Source: Octopus sinensis
Lineage: Eukaryota
Direction of reading: 5' to 3'
Length of the DNA stretch: 64,000 bases
NCBI RefSeq assembly: GCF_006345805.1
Contig: NC_042998.1
Span: 138,880,001 to 138,944,000 of the forward strand
The position numbers and the translations under genes were made by a program. Each line of letters starts with the position of its first letter. Position 1 is the first letter of the stretch. This document shows positions 12,652 to 25,299 of this stretch, piece after piece. A model generated the notes under the pieces. It was not told where the DNA came from and did not search any database. It worked only from the letters and a program-made list of their open reading frames with translations.

Positions 12652-12829
12652 GATATATATATATATATACATATATATATAATATATATATATATAGTAT
12701 ATATATATATATATTATATATACATATATATATATATATAATATATATATATATAGATATATATATATATATTATATATATATATATATATTATAATATA
12801 TATATATATATATATACATAGTACGTTAA

Positions 12830-12945
12830 ATATTTGTTGTGCAAGATTTTTTATGTGAAGTCGTGTGTTGAAACAGATATTGTTATATTTCGGAATGGTC
12901 ATATTGGCTAAACTGGCAATATGACCATTCCGAAATATAACAATA
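12830..12945. repeat. PLE-type terminal repeat with perfect 29-bp foldback (12878-12906 / 12917-12945) in (TA)n
   Basis: Arms are exact reverse complements, 10-nt spacer; an unfolded copy of the same sequence lies at 13672-13755. Confidence 0.85.
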
Positions 12946-13009
12946 TATATATATATATATATATCATATATATATATACCTATATATATATATATACATA
13001 TATATAACG

Positions 13010-13190
13010 GGAAGCTTTATGAAAATAAACAAAAGACGAAGGCAGGTGGAAAACAAACGAACAATTGTATTAGTATGGCGCTCAGGAAATATAAATAAAA
13101 CAAGTCTTTAACGTTTCGAGCCTACGCTCTTCAACAGAAAGATACACAGAGAGAGAAAAACACAGAAAGAAGGAGAGAAAAAAATATATG
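13010..13190 (-). mobile_element. PLE 3' terminus (family B) with hammerhead-like motif, core CTGTTGA
   Basis: TCTTT-CTGTTGA-A-GAGC-GTAG-GCTC-GAAA-CG-TT-AAAGA at 13142-13105; homologous to 22515-22740 and 53480-53700. Confidence 0.7.
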
Positions 13191-13197
13191 TATATAC

Positions 13198-13254
<57 letters not shown>

Positions 13255-13255
13255 C

Positions 13256-13329
<74 letters not shown>

Positions 13330-13342
13330 CATATATATATAC

Positions 13343-13443
<101 letters not shown>

Positions 13444-13482
13444 CATATATATATATTATATATATACATACATATATATATA

Positions 13483-13535
<53 letters not shown>

Positions 13536-13538
13536 CAG

Positions 13539-13573
<35 letters not shown>

Positions 13574-13671
13574 CATATATATACACACACATATATATAT
13601 ACATATATATATACATATATATACGTATATATATACATATATATATACATATAATATATATATACATGTAT

Positions 13672-14570
13672 ATATTTGTTGTGCAAGATTTTTTATGTGA
13701 AATCATGTGTTGAAACAGATATTGTTGTATTTCGGAATGGTCATTTTGCCAGTTTAAAAGTAAGAAGAAGAAGAAGAAAATAATGCGTTAGTGGTATGAT
13801 TGTAGTAGTAGGATGTTAAATGGTCAAGTGCCCTGAAAGTGACTTGTTGTGGATGGTAGCAGTGATTGAATTCTTGAGATATCTCTTTTGAATGTATTGT
13901 TTTTAATATTTGCGTAGGTGTTATTCTAAACAGCAGTCACACTAAAGTAAGAAAGGGAGTGAGGGAGAGGAAGAAGAAAACAAGAAGAAAGAGAAAGAGA
14001 AGAAGAGAAAGAATAATAAAAGAGTGCGGGATGGGTATGATGGTAGTAGGCTGTTAAATTGTCAAGTTGAAGATGCGTTCAAAAGGGGTCTGTATTTTGT
14101 GATAAAGAACGACTCTTTATTAATCTGTTGGCTACAGATTGTGTCATCCCTGAATTGATAAAGGGGAAAAATTCTGATGCTTGGATTTCTGTTATTGGCG
14201 CAAATGTCGATGTGTTGGCTGAATGCTATTTTTCTGCTTTCCGGAATTTTGATCTGGGATTTGTACAGAACAAACTAAAAGATGACAAAACAATAACAAT
14301 CAAAGAGGCTGATAAAGGGAGTGCAGTTGTCTTAATGGACACGGTATACTATATAACTCTAGTACTATCCATTTTAGAAGACACACCATATTATGAAAAG
14401 GCCCAACACCACAGTCAGCAGAAAATAATGAGAGACATAAAATCCATGTTAAACCTATACAGAGGACTCACCGACAAAGAATACGACTATATGACCAATT
14501 TCAAAAGTAAAAGCAGTCAATTCTACGGTAATCCCAAGAAACACAAAAGTTAGAAAATAAGTAACACGTG
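13672..14570. mobile_element. Composite PLE fragments (terminal repeat, inverted GIY-YIG C-terminus, RT fragment)
   Basis: Minus strand ~14120-14060 INKESFFITKYRPLLN; plus strand 14270-14553 TIKEADKGSAVVLMD..FYGNPKKHKS, same family as 18687-19617. Confidence 0.75.
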
Positions 14571-15439
14571 CAGGATTTAGCTGTTGTTTCCAGCACACGA
14601 CCACCTATAATCTTCCTCTATGTGACACGTGATCCTATTAAAGTTGTATGCCTCTGAATTTTATACACTCTTCAACTCTTGGGTCAGAATTTAACTTGTC
14701 AGACCGCGCCATCGTAACACGTGACGGTGAGGCTTTTTTCAGCCAACGTACTTTTACTTTAAGCTTACTTCAGATATCGATTTATCTTTCCAACCTACGA
14801 CTTTCTGTAAGCAAAAAGGCCCTCACTGTTATTTCTAAACATACACGCATGCACTCATCGTCATTCCACGTTAACTTTCCTCATACACATGTCACATATA
14901 TGTAAACTAAACACCTCACATCAGACGTATTATACTTTTGTGAACAGAGACCACAAAAATTTCCTCCAATGATATCAATAATTCTTTCAACGGCACTAAG
15001 ACACGATTGCAATATATGTTATGAAATCAGTACACTCGCCTTACGTTTGCACAACATACATTCAAATGAAAATCTCTAACAATATTCAATGATGATAAAT
15101 GTACACTCCCACTCAAGTTTCGGTCTCTTCTAGACGAAATCGTATTTCAGACTTTATCAGCTGATGGCTCTCCCACCCCCACACATCACTTAGTTCATAT
15201 ATGATCCATACTAGACCACTGCTCATATATTTGATATAGCGCTACTAAATACAAAATATGTTTTAAACTGCACACAAAAGATAATTGATTAGCAGTCATA
15301 CGCATTAACTAATAACAGCCCTGAGGCAACAAACACACTGTTTCGGGGATTTTTGTCTCATTTTTCAGATGACTAAAACGACTTCTACGTCTTTCCTGTG
15401 AACATTCTCATTGGATAACTTCCATGTTATCCGAGAGAT

Positions 15440-15880
15440 GTGGCATTCGTGAATATGTAGAAGCGCGTAGTGTCGGTACAGCTATCGGACGTGGTGGCCT
15501 TTGTAAGACACTCTGAGTCCAGGGACGCGAATGGATTGTTAGTGGATCATATATTCGAAAAAGAAGCACGCTCTAAAAGTTAGAGGTTCTCTTTTAGGAT
15601 TCCGGAAAGCTGTTACGTCACGCCCTGGCCAGTCACGTGCGGTGTCTTAAGGATAAAGGAACTCCATGCGAAATTAAATGGAGGATCATTGAGCAATCAG
15701 AGCCCTGTATAAACGGGAGCGGACGATGCCAGCTTTGCATAGCAGAGCAAGCAATGATCCCTAACGATTTGCTGGACCAAGGATATTTCTTAAACGCAAG
15801 ACATAACATCTGTACATCATGTCCCTATTTCAAACGCTACCTGCTGCAGGCTTGGGATTCCCCATTCGTCGATTAGAACT
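15440..15880 (+). mobile_element. PLE GIY-YIG endonuclease C-terminal fragment
   Basis: LASHVRCLKDKGTPCEIKWRIIEQSEP..GSGRCQLCIAEQ..LNARHNICTSCP resembles the C-terminal endonuclease of EN+ PLEs. Confidence 0.7.
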
Positions 15881-16289
15881 GTAAAAATTACTTGCAGACC
15901 GGAACCAGCCTAAGAGCAGAGATTCCCTGTTGACCCTTTAGGTCCATAAGATTTGCCAACCAGACAGGTCAAAGAGAGATAACTCGTCCCGTTTAAAGCT
16001 CAAAATTCTTTTGTTTCTAAATTAAATGACCGCAACGGTTTTCTATCTCCAGTTTGAAGAGAGGTTATACACCTTCGGCTATTCGAGTCTGGCGATTCAT
16101 CTATAAATCTAAGCGCTTTATGGATGAGAAATTATTGATCACTCTACGATTGAACATATCTTTAACTCCATGTAAATATGGTTTTCGTCACTGTTTGCAA
16201 TTTTGTTCCAGTTGTTTTCAAAATTGGCATCTGGATTAAGTTTTGTTTATTAATTATGAAAACGAAATTAATTTTTCCTATAAAGCCAT

Positions 16290-16680
16290 TAAAAAGTTGT
16301 TAGTCTTTAGAATTTGCAAAATTTGCGTATTTTAGCCAATCAGAAGCGAGTAGTTTACATATCACCATGGAGAAAATTTGTATTTCCATAGTAACGAAAG
16401 CAAATAAACACCACGTGTAGCATAGCTGATTACGAAGAACTGTTTCCATAGTAACCAAAGATGTTGCGCTTGCGTACAAGGAGGAGAGGGAGATACGAGA
16501 AAGATAATTCATTTTATAAAATCCGAGTTTAATGTTTTGACATGCCCCCCTCCTCCCTGATGATGGAAGATGCAGCGAACGTGCTGCTTTCTGACTGGCT
16601 GAAAATTCTGAAAAATATCGAACTTTTGAATACCTGTGAAATTTTTGCAAAATTTTTCTAGAATAAATGAAAAACAAATT
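16290..16680. mobile_element. Probable non-autonomous DNA element carrying two RFX X-box-like motifs
   Basis: Subterminal inverted match ATTTTAGCCAATCAGAAGC (~16329) / GCTTTCTGACTGGCTGAAAAT (~16586); (A/G)TTTCCATAGTAAC at 16382 and 16442. Confidence 0.4.
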
Positions 16681-16754
16681 CGGATTCAGCGTCATAAACT
16701 ACATATGATACATCAAAACCTTTGGAGGGAGGGAGAGATAATTGTAAACAGTGA

Positions 16755-16910
16755 CGAAAACCACAAAGATCCATACGAGTGGCTTCTTTCATTTTCCGTC
16801 TACCAACTCCACTCACACGACTTTGGTCAGCCAGGGTCTCTAACACAAGACATTTACCCAATATGGTATGCAGTAGTTAGGAAGCAAATCTCTTACCACA
16901 CCGCCATGCC
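16755..16910 (-). mobile_element. Diverged SINE 5' half
   Basis: Reverse-complement similarity to 1916-2080. Confidence 0.65.
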
Positions 16911-17614
16911 TGCAAATACGTGTATGTGTGCGTGTGTGTGTGTGCTTCAAGATTGGTTGATTGAGCGTATGAAAGTCAGTGAGTCAACAGCCATCATCGT
17001 ACACTTAATCTGTATAAGTCCGTGTTCCAATTTTTTTGAGATATCAACACATGTTGTAGGTCATTACTAATATTTGTTTAATTCTTGTTTAATTCGATTA
17101 AACTAATTTATTATGTGCAGCTGTTCGTGTCGAAGGAATATATTTTAAAATAACAAATGTCATCCGAAAGGAGTAAGTTTGCTTGTAAACATCGTCTCCT
17201 TTTATAAAGTAAAAGTGTGAATGTGTTAGTAAATTTTCATATCCATATATGTGAGTGTGTGTGTGTGCGCGTGCGTGCGTGCATGCATGTGCGTGTGTGT
17301 ATGTACGTGTACGTGTGTGTGTGCGTGTAAGCAAATAACAACACTATTGTCAAGATATTTTGTTTAATTTTGATGGAATATGAATACATCAAAGAGAGTA
17401 TACAATAAAACTCCATCCAGATGTGCTGAATTTGTTGGCTACTGAGTTGCTATAAATATCTCATACTTACAGGGATCGATTTCGTTTCAGTGTATTGCTT
17501 CGTTTGTGCACTTTCGCACGAATTGAGTCTTTTGTTTATTTTTTGTTTTTTGTTTTTTTTATGCATTGACGAAAACCACAACGATCCGTATGTGTGTATG
17601 TATATATATATATA

Positions 17615-17663
<49 letters not shown>

Positions 17664-17811
17664 ATATATATATATATATATGTAAAAGTTAAAAAAATAC
17701 ACAAACAGGGACAAGAACGTGAAACATTAGAAATGTATATATATATATATATTATATATATATATAATATATATATAGCAAAAGAGAGAGGGTGTTTCCA
17801 TGCAGGAAAAA

Positions 17812-17983
17812 ATATATAGGAAAATGTGTTGCTGAAAATGGACTTAAATTTCAAAAACTCGTGAATGTTTAAAATACATTTATTTACAGTTTGGTAACTG
17901 GATACATGTAAATAAATGTATTTTAAACATTCACGAGTTTTTGAAATTTAACTGCATTTTCAGCAACACATTTTCCTATATAT
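17812..17983. repeat. 77-bp-arm inverted repeat directly upstream of a PLE ORF
   Basis: Arms 17812-17888 and 17907-17983, two mismatches, 18-nt spacer. Confidence 0.9.
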
Positions 17984-17999
17984 ATATAGGAATAACAAA

Positions 18000-20315
18000 C
18001 AAAAATACAAAAAGATCGATGAGGAAATGCACACCGAACTCACTAAACATGCTGATGAACAACTTTTGGAAAGTGTTTGAAAATTATGGAAAGACAGCTG
18101 TGAGACGGAAGAAATAAATTCCCTGCAACGATGGGAAAACAGTGTAAACTTCTTCCTTAAATATGAAGCTCAATTTAAAAGTGACTACACTTCAGATAAC
18201 CTCTTCCTAAAAAAATCCAGAACAAATGCATCGACACAAATAAATACACATCCACCTAGATCAAACAATCAAAATCCAAAAGGACACAAACACAGAAAAG
18301 TAACCCAGCGCCTAGAAGTAAACCACTCTCTATCTAATAACAGGAACTACTCATCAATTAGAAACACTAGAAGAAACCAGCCTAGAGTAAGGAGTAATAA
18401 TTTTTTCTACCTAGCATCTAGAAATGTCCAAGAGACCCCCTTTTACCCCTCAACGAAGAAACAACATAATTAAGCACCCCAACAATTCATTTCAACGAAG
18501 AAATCCTAACCACGTGCTCCCAACCAGTTTACCAAGGCAGCAACATCAACCCCCCAGCAACCCGAATATAATAAGTACTAATAATACAGATTTAATTAAT
18601 AACAATAATAACACCAATAATAAATTCTACCAACCGAATTACAATAAACATTTTTTAGACCAAGTGGAGAGAAACAGGGACATACGTTGGAACAAAACGT
18701 ACAGCAGAAACCCAAAGTGATTAACTTATCAAAGAAAACGTTCTCTATAGCAAAAATCAATATACTAGTCAAAGGTTTAAAGTTCACTCCAACCCTACGA
18801 AGAGCTAACTATAATGAAATGAAAGACAGTATTTCAGAATTCTGCAGAAAACTACGACTCGCAGAAGCACTAACTGACTACAACGAAGATGAATCACTAG
18901 TCAAAAACAGAAGTAATTACCTTCCACATAAGGGTAGGAATAAAACACTGGATGACTTCTGCAACTATATCCAAAATTTCCCCTACACATCCAGTAATCG
19001 AAAAATTAATCCGAACCTCAACAATCTAGAATGGAAAAATCTGACTGAACTACAAAACGACAAAGACCTGACAATTAAAGAAGCTGACAAAAGAAGTGCT
19101 GTAGTTCTGATGAACACAGAACACTATAAAAAAACTAGTACTATCCATACTAGAAAACGAGGCCTTCTACGAAAAAGTTATAAACTATAAACAACAAAAA
19201 ACAATGAAAAATCTTGCATCCTTAATTCTTCTACATGGAAAAGGCCTGACAGAAAAAGAAACAGACTACATCACGAACTTCGAATGTAAACCCAGTTTTT
19301 TTTACGGCCCTCCTAAAATACACAAGAGTAAGATAATCAATGAAGCCTGCAAACTATCACCAGGCAAATATATAAATATCCAAGCGCCAGAAGACTTGAT
19401 TTTAAGACCCATTGTAGCTGGGCCAGCCTGTGAAACCCACCACCTTAGCAATTTTCTAGACATCCTACTGAAACCCTTGCTAAAATACAGCAAAAGTTTC
19501 ATTAGAGATGATTTAGACATGCTACAATACCTACCAAAACAATTAATGAAGAGGCAATATTGGTTACCCTCGATGTTATCAATCTTTACACCAATATCCC
19601 TCATGACTATGGAATAAAAGCAATTAAATTCTGGTTGGAAAAGTACCCCCAAAGTCCTCCCAGAACGCATAAACCAGATCTTTATTATTGAATCCTTAAA
19701 ATTTATACTTCAGAACAATTATTTCCTATTTGATGACACATACTATCGTCAGAAATGCAGAATTGCGATGGGGACGAAAGCAGCTCCTGCTCTTGCGAAC
19801 CTAATAATGCTTATTTTGAAATCACCTTAAATGAAGTATCACTTCAGAAATATGGTTACCCATTTTACCTCTACATAAGAGAAAATTGGAAGAGATACCT
19901 AGATGACTGCTTTATCATCTGGAAGGAGAACATCGACAAACGTTTGGATTTCAAAACAACACTAAATGACATAAATAGTAACATGCAATTCACAATGGAA
20001 TATAACAAAGAACAACTCCCATTTTTAGACATCATGATAAAAAAAAGTTAACAGCCCCAGCATGGCCACAGCTCATAAGCTGAAACTGGAAAAATCAAAA
20101 TCAAAAATCAAATGAAATCATAACTGACATTTATTATAAATCAACTGATTCAAAACAATATCTTCTCTTTAACTCATGCCATCCGAAACACATCAAAATA
20201 AACATCCCTTTCAATTTAGCAAAAAGGATTTGCACACTAGTGTCTGATAGAACAACTCGGGACCTTCGTCTTGAAGACCTCAAAACTACGCTTATTGAAA
20301 GACAATATCCACCCT
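18000..20315 (+). mobile_element. Penelope-like element reverse transcriptase, frameshifted, endonuclease missing
   Basis: KVINLS..KGLKFTPT, TIKEADKRSAVVLMN, FYGPPKIHKS..LRPIVAGP, LVTLDV..LYTNIP, IAMGT, RYLDD, LPFLDI, TDSKQYL..SCHPKH; short SINE-tail insertion ~20050-20110. Confidence 0.9.
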
Positions 20316-20670
20316 GAAACACAAAAATTTAATATAAATAAAAACTTTAATAAACAATTATTAAAATGAAACAAATCTGGTTAAAATATCTCATCAACTG
20401 CCTTTGCAATAAATTTTTTAAATTGTAAAGAGACTTTATGGACACCCTGCATATTAATAGTTATCGCCAAGCTAACATGCCAGTCCAGAAAAATAGGACG
20501 ATTGCTGCCATTGATTAGCTCCATCGCCTCTATCTAGCTATGTGGCACACGAACATGTGTCCATTATAACCTTCGAACAGGGGAGGTCAGCTGGAAACAT
20601 CTGTAAAACCTTCTATCTATACATGTTCTAAAATCTACACAGCCTTGGTATTTTATCTCATTATGAAAAA

Positions 20671-20769
<99 letters not shown>

Positions 20770-20967
20770 CTGTTGTGTCTGGGGAGAGTCATTCTCTTTT
20801 AGTGCCTTATTATTTAACACACTCACCGGTGAAAATAAGTGGAAATTTTACCGGTGAGTGTGTTAAATAATAAGGCACTAAAAGAGAATGACTCTCCCCA
20901 GACACAACAGAATATGCTTCAACACACAAACTCATATAAAGTATCTTGCAAACCAAATCCAAAAACG

Positions 20968-20970
<3 letters not shown>
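20770..20970. repeat. PLE-type terminal repeat with perfect 61-bp foldback (20770-20830 / 20850-20910)
   Basis: Arms exactly complementary; flanked by (TA)n; related copy at 25060-25250. Confidence 0.9.
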
Positions 20971-21015
<45 letters not shown>

Positions 21016-21017
21016 TA

Positions 21018-21144
21018 TATGATGAGAATTTGTGGAAAGGTATCCCATAGAAACTCAACAGACTGTTAAAGACGGAGAACGGTTTCCATCTTTAACAGTC
21101 TGTTGGGTTTCTATGCGATTCCTTTCCATAACTTCTCATCACAT
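21018..21144. repeat. Imperfect ~60-bp-arm foldback
   Basis: TATGATGAGAA..AACAGACTGTTAAAGACGGA / TCCATCTTTAACAGTCTGTT..TTCTCATCA. Confidence 0.85.
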
Positions 21145-21272
21145 AACATATACATGTAATAATTTTATATTCGCAAAAATCTTACACCAGTAAGCTACCA
21201 ACGAAATATGAAGAATCTTTGTTAGAAATCACCCCTTTGGAACCCTCCAAAGTAAAGGATAAATTGAACTTT

Positions 21273-21390
<118 letters not shown>

Positions 21391-21599
21391 TCATACACAC
21401 TCACCTGCCTTCTAAGAGTGGATGTAGTATTTCTCCGACAAGGGCGCTCACAACACCTTCGTAATGTTGGTAAACTAAGAAAATAGCTGCATGACTTTTT
21501 AAAAGATAGGAGTCAGGCAGTTTCAGTCAATGGCTTTCTCTCCGAGGAGACGTGAATACTTAGCAAATTTCTCAGGGAGTTGTACTGGGATCACTGTTG

Positions 21600-21750
21600 T
21601 TCGTGGTGGCTCTGTCAGACCTGCCTTCAGTCTCACCAGCTATGCTGATGATACAGATGTATCACAAGCAATCAAGACAATAAAACAATAAAACAATAAA
21701 ACCTCAAAACAATAAAATGATTTGAACACAATATACAAGTGGCAGCGGTG
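21600..21750 (+). mobile_element. CR1/L2-like LINE RT fragment
   Basis: SYADDTDVSQAIK..DLNTIYKW. Confidence 0.5.
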
Positions 21751-21829
21751 TAAATGTACGTCTGTTTTAGTTGTGTTAAAAAAAATAACTTGTAGCATCT
21801 AGATGTGTTTTATACAGAGTGTGTACGTT

Positions 21830-22350
21830 TAACTACCGTCGTGTGAATAGTATAATGGGGAGCGGACAGCTTCTTTTGGCTGTCTCCACACGTATGCTCA
21901 GCCGGAGGACGGAAATAAAGGATGACTCGTCCGAGAAAATAACATTCTTCCACTGCTCTAGGGACCAATTACACCACACTAAACGCTTTTTGAAAGTAAT
22001 GGTTTTCTGATTGCAGCCCTCGCGTAAAATCCGGTTTTGTGCAGCTCCCGGCGAAGATTTTGTGGAAACTGGATTCTCGAGGTGGTCGTTAAGCACTACA
22101 GTAATTTTGGAAGCTGTACTTTTGTGATCTTTTCTAACAATTCGCGTAAGAGTCTGACCTTCCCTATCTGAAAGTTTGGGTCTTCTTCCGGAGTTTTGTT
22201 TCGACGAGGTTTTTCCCTCTTTCTCAAAGGCTGTCATTACTTTCGAGACAGTACTTCATAATACAACAAACATATAAGCTGTTTTCGTTACGCTAGCGCC
22301 AGCCATACAAGCACCAACGATTTGACCTCTTTCGAAGTCCGATAGATCTG
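21830..22350 (-). mobile_element. Tc1-like transposase N-terminal fragment
   Basis: DLSDFERGQIVGA..GRRPKLSDR..IVRKDHKSTASKIT..WKNVIFSDES. Confidence 0.85.
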
Positions 22351-22436
22351 TAATTTTAATGAAATTTAATTACCTTTTTCTGTTGATATCTGAAATACAT
22401 AAATATATCATAGTGAAAGTAATAGAAATGAAACTA

Positions 22437-22514
<78 letters not shown>

Positions 22515-22518
<4 letters not shown>

Positions 22519-23170
22519 GAAATTACAAAAAACAAACAAACAAAAGATGGTGGCGGGTGTGTAAACAACAAACAGATGTATTAGTTTAACGCTCGAGAAG
22601 TGAGAAAGTCTTTTACGATTCGAGCCTACGCTCTTCGACAGAAAAGAACACAGAAATAAACAGGGAGAGAAAATAGAAAAAGGTTTAGTGGCTAGCGATC
22701 TATCATGGCGAAGGCCGGACAGAGCGGTCATACAGGCGAGCTAGGAAGAAGGGGATATAATAAAGTGGTGGTGTGGGTGCTGGGAAGTGGTCAGTGCTAG
22801 TGTGTGCGGGGTGGTGTGATGTGGTGTGGTGTGGTATGGTGGTGTGTGCTGTGGTGGTGTATGGTGTGGTGGTGTAGTCTGGTGGTGTGTGGTGTGGGGG
22901 AGGCAAGAGTGGGGAAAGCAAGGGTGTGGTGTAAGGGATGGGTGGGGTGGGATGAGATGTATAGGGATGGTGGGGTTGGAATGTATAGGGTGCGGTAACG
23001 AGGGAGGGTGACGATGAAGGGAGAGGGTGGAAGGGAGAAGGTGGGTAGGACTGAAGAGAGAAAGTAGGTGCCAGAGCAAGAGAGGAGAGGTGGGTGGGAG
23101 GAAGTAAGTGTGAGAGGAAGAGAAGAGAGGGGAGGAGGGTTAGTGAAGAAGGGAGGGGAGTTGAGCCCAG
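22515..23170 (-). mobile_element. PLE 3' end (family B): pyrimidine-rich 3' UTR plus terminus with core CTGTCGA
   Basis: Homologous to 53480-54250; abuts (TA)n. Confidence 0.7.
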
Positions 23171-23365
23171 TGAAAGTATTTATAGTTTCACTATTAAAAC
23201 TGAAAGTATTATCTCACATTACAATAAAGATGTTATTGTTTCACTTTTGACACAAAATACTGAAATAATGTAAGAGATATGAGATTGCTCCGGGCTCGCA
23301 TTAGGCAAGAAATATATATATATATCGTTGACCGGTATTCCTTCTGTATTCTTCAGGGCCGTCAC

Positions 23366-24597
23366 CTACGATCTATATAGTACCATGTCCCTCTTGCATT
23401 TCTTGAGGCTCTTCTTTTCCTCTGCGGCCTTCAAGAGCTTCTCCATCCAGTATGCTTCAAAGTCTTTCTTTAGTTGCTGACGAATCACTCTGCTGAGAAG
23501 GGAATATTCAAGGTGATCTTCAATAGTCCTCTTCATATTTTTCCTCTTCTCGAGTAACTTCGTAGTTTCTTCCGAGATTCTTCCCTTCTTTTCTCTTAGA
23601 CATACTCTCTTAGCCTTCCTTAAACACTCCTTCAGTTTCCCTATCAGTGAGTTGTAGTCATCGTCTATACCGTCTCCTTGGCACCAGTTTTCCTGCATGA
23701 TGGCTTCCTGCAGCTTTACCTCGTTGTAGACTCGGACACGTTTTCCCTTCGACGCCAAATACAGCGCCATCTTCTTCTTCTTCCCGTCGAAGACGACCCT
23801 CGCCCTCATCAGACGATGATCGCTGCCGGTGTTGAATGGCGTCACGACGGAGACATCATGTAATATGCGTTGCTTATCAACCAGGATGTAATCGATCTCG
23901 CTTCGGTGTTTAGAGTTCGGCGATATCCAGGTCCATCTCTTCCTCTCCCTCTTCCCGAATAGGCTGTTTCCGATGTAGAGCCGCCTCGCCTCTGCCATGG
24001 TAGCCAAACGTTCTTCTCTCTCGTTTCTCTCTCCCATGCTGAATCTTCCGACATACTCCTCTCCTTGTCGTCCATGTCCAACCTTTGCGATGAAGTCTCC
24101 CATCACGACAGTGTAAGTGGACTTCACAGCCAGCCCTTTGTCTAGTTGTCGATAGAATTCTTCCACCTCGTCGTCGTCGCTGGCACTTGTGGGAGCATAG
24201 GTCTGGACAATCTTGAGGGTGGCCTTCTCTGAGAGATTCACATTCAGTACACCAATCCGTGATGATATGAACTGGCAAGAAGCGACCCTCGAAGTCCATT
24301 CCTTACTTACGATGAATCCGATGCCTCCGACCGATCTAGCACCTTCTGCTCTCCCTAATCTCACAGTGCATCCATCTTGCCATCGTATACTCGCTTCCTT
24401 CTTCCATCGTGTCTCGCACAGCCCTAACACGTCGCACCCGATCTTCTTCTTCTCCTCCATTAGGTGGTTCAGTTCGTGCCACCCTGCCAAGGACCTGCAG
24501 TTGTAGGTGCATATGGCAAGGTTGGTTCTGTTCCATGACGGTCCTCGGGAACCTGTGATTCTTAGCAGCCTCTCGTCGCTCGGGTTGCACTCCGCCG

Positions 24598-24601
<4 letters not shown>
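23366..24601 (-). mobile_element. RTE-clade LINE 5' portion: open apurinic endonuclease domain, RT absent
   Basis: 411-codon open frame with [49 protein letters not shown]; bounded by (TA)n on both sides. Confidence 0.9.
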
Positions 24602-24662
<61 letters not shown>

Positions 24663-24676
24663 TGTATATATGTATA

Positions 24677-24754
<78 letters not shown>

Positions 24755-24758
24755 TATT

Positions 24759-24799
<41 letters not shown>

Positions 24800-24800
24800 A

Positions 24801-24861
<61 letters not shown>

Positions 24862-25059
24862 TATATATATATATATATCGGAAGGTTTGGAGATGATGTA
24901 CAGGTATTATATATTAGAAAAATTGAGGTAATCAGATCAGATGGTCATATTTGTAGATATTTATTATATATTACATTTTTTACATATATATCATATCATT
25001 CGGATTAGCGCTTGCTCCCATTCTAGTGGGTTTTCAAATCCTATATATATATATATATA

Positions 25060-25250
25060 TATATTTCGTTTTTGGATTTGGTTTGCAAGATTCTTATATG
25101 AGTTCGTGTGTTGAAGCATATTCTGTTGTGTCTGGGGAGAGTCATTTTCTTTTTGTGCCTTATAATGTAACACACACACCGGTAAAATTTCCATTTTTTT
25201 CTTATTCTAATAAGTCTGGGAAAATAACTCTCCCCAGACACAACAGTATT
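25060..25250. repeat. PLE-type terminal repeat with 20-bp inverted ends
   Basis: CTGTTGTGTCTGGGGAGAGT .. ACTCTCCCCAGACACAACAG; same family as 20770-20970. Confidence 0.8.
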
Positions 25251-25299
25251 CGTGCAAATCTGACCCTGATACATACGATACAGCTAAGGGTCAGACCCG

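Noticed and set aside
16040-16095. TTGAAGA-GAGGT/ACCTT motif after the GIY-YIG fragment
   Set aside because: GAAA is absent; too decayed to call.
18045-18095. CTGATGA..GAAA inside the PLE N-terminal coding region
   Set aside because: No credible stems I or III; explained by codons.
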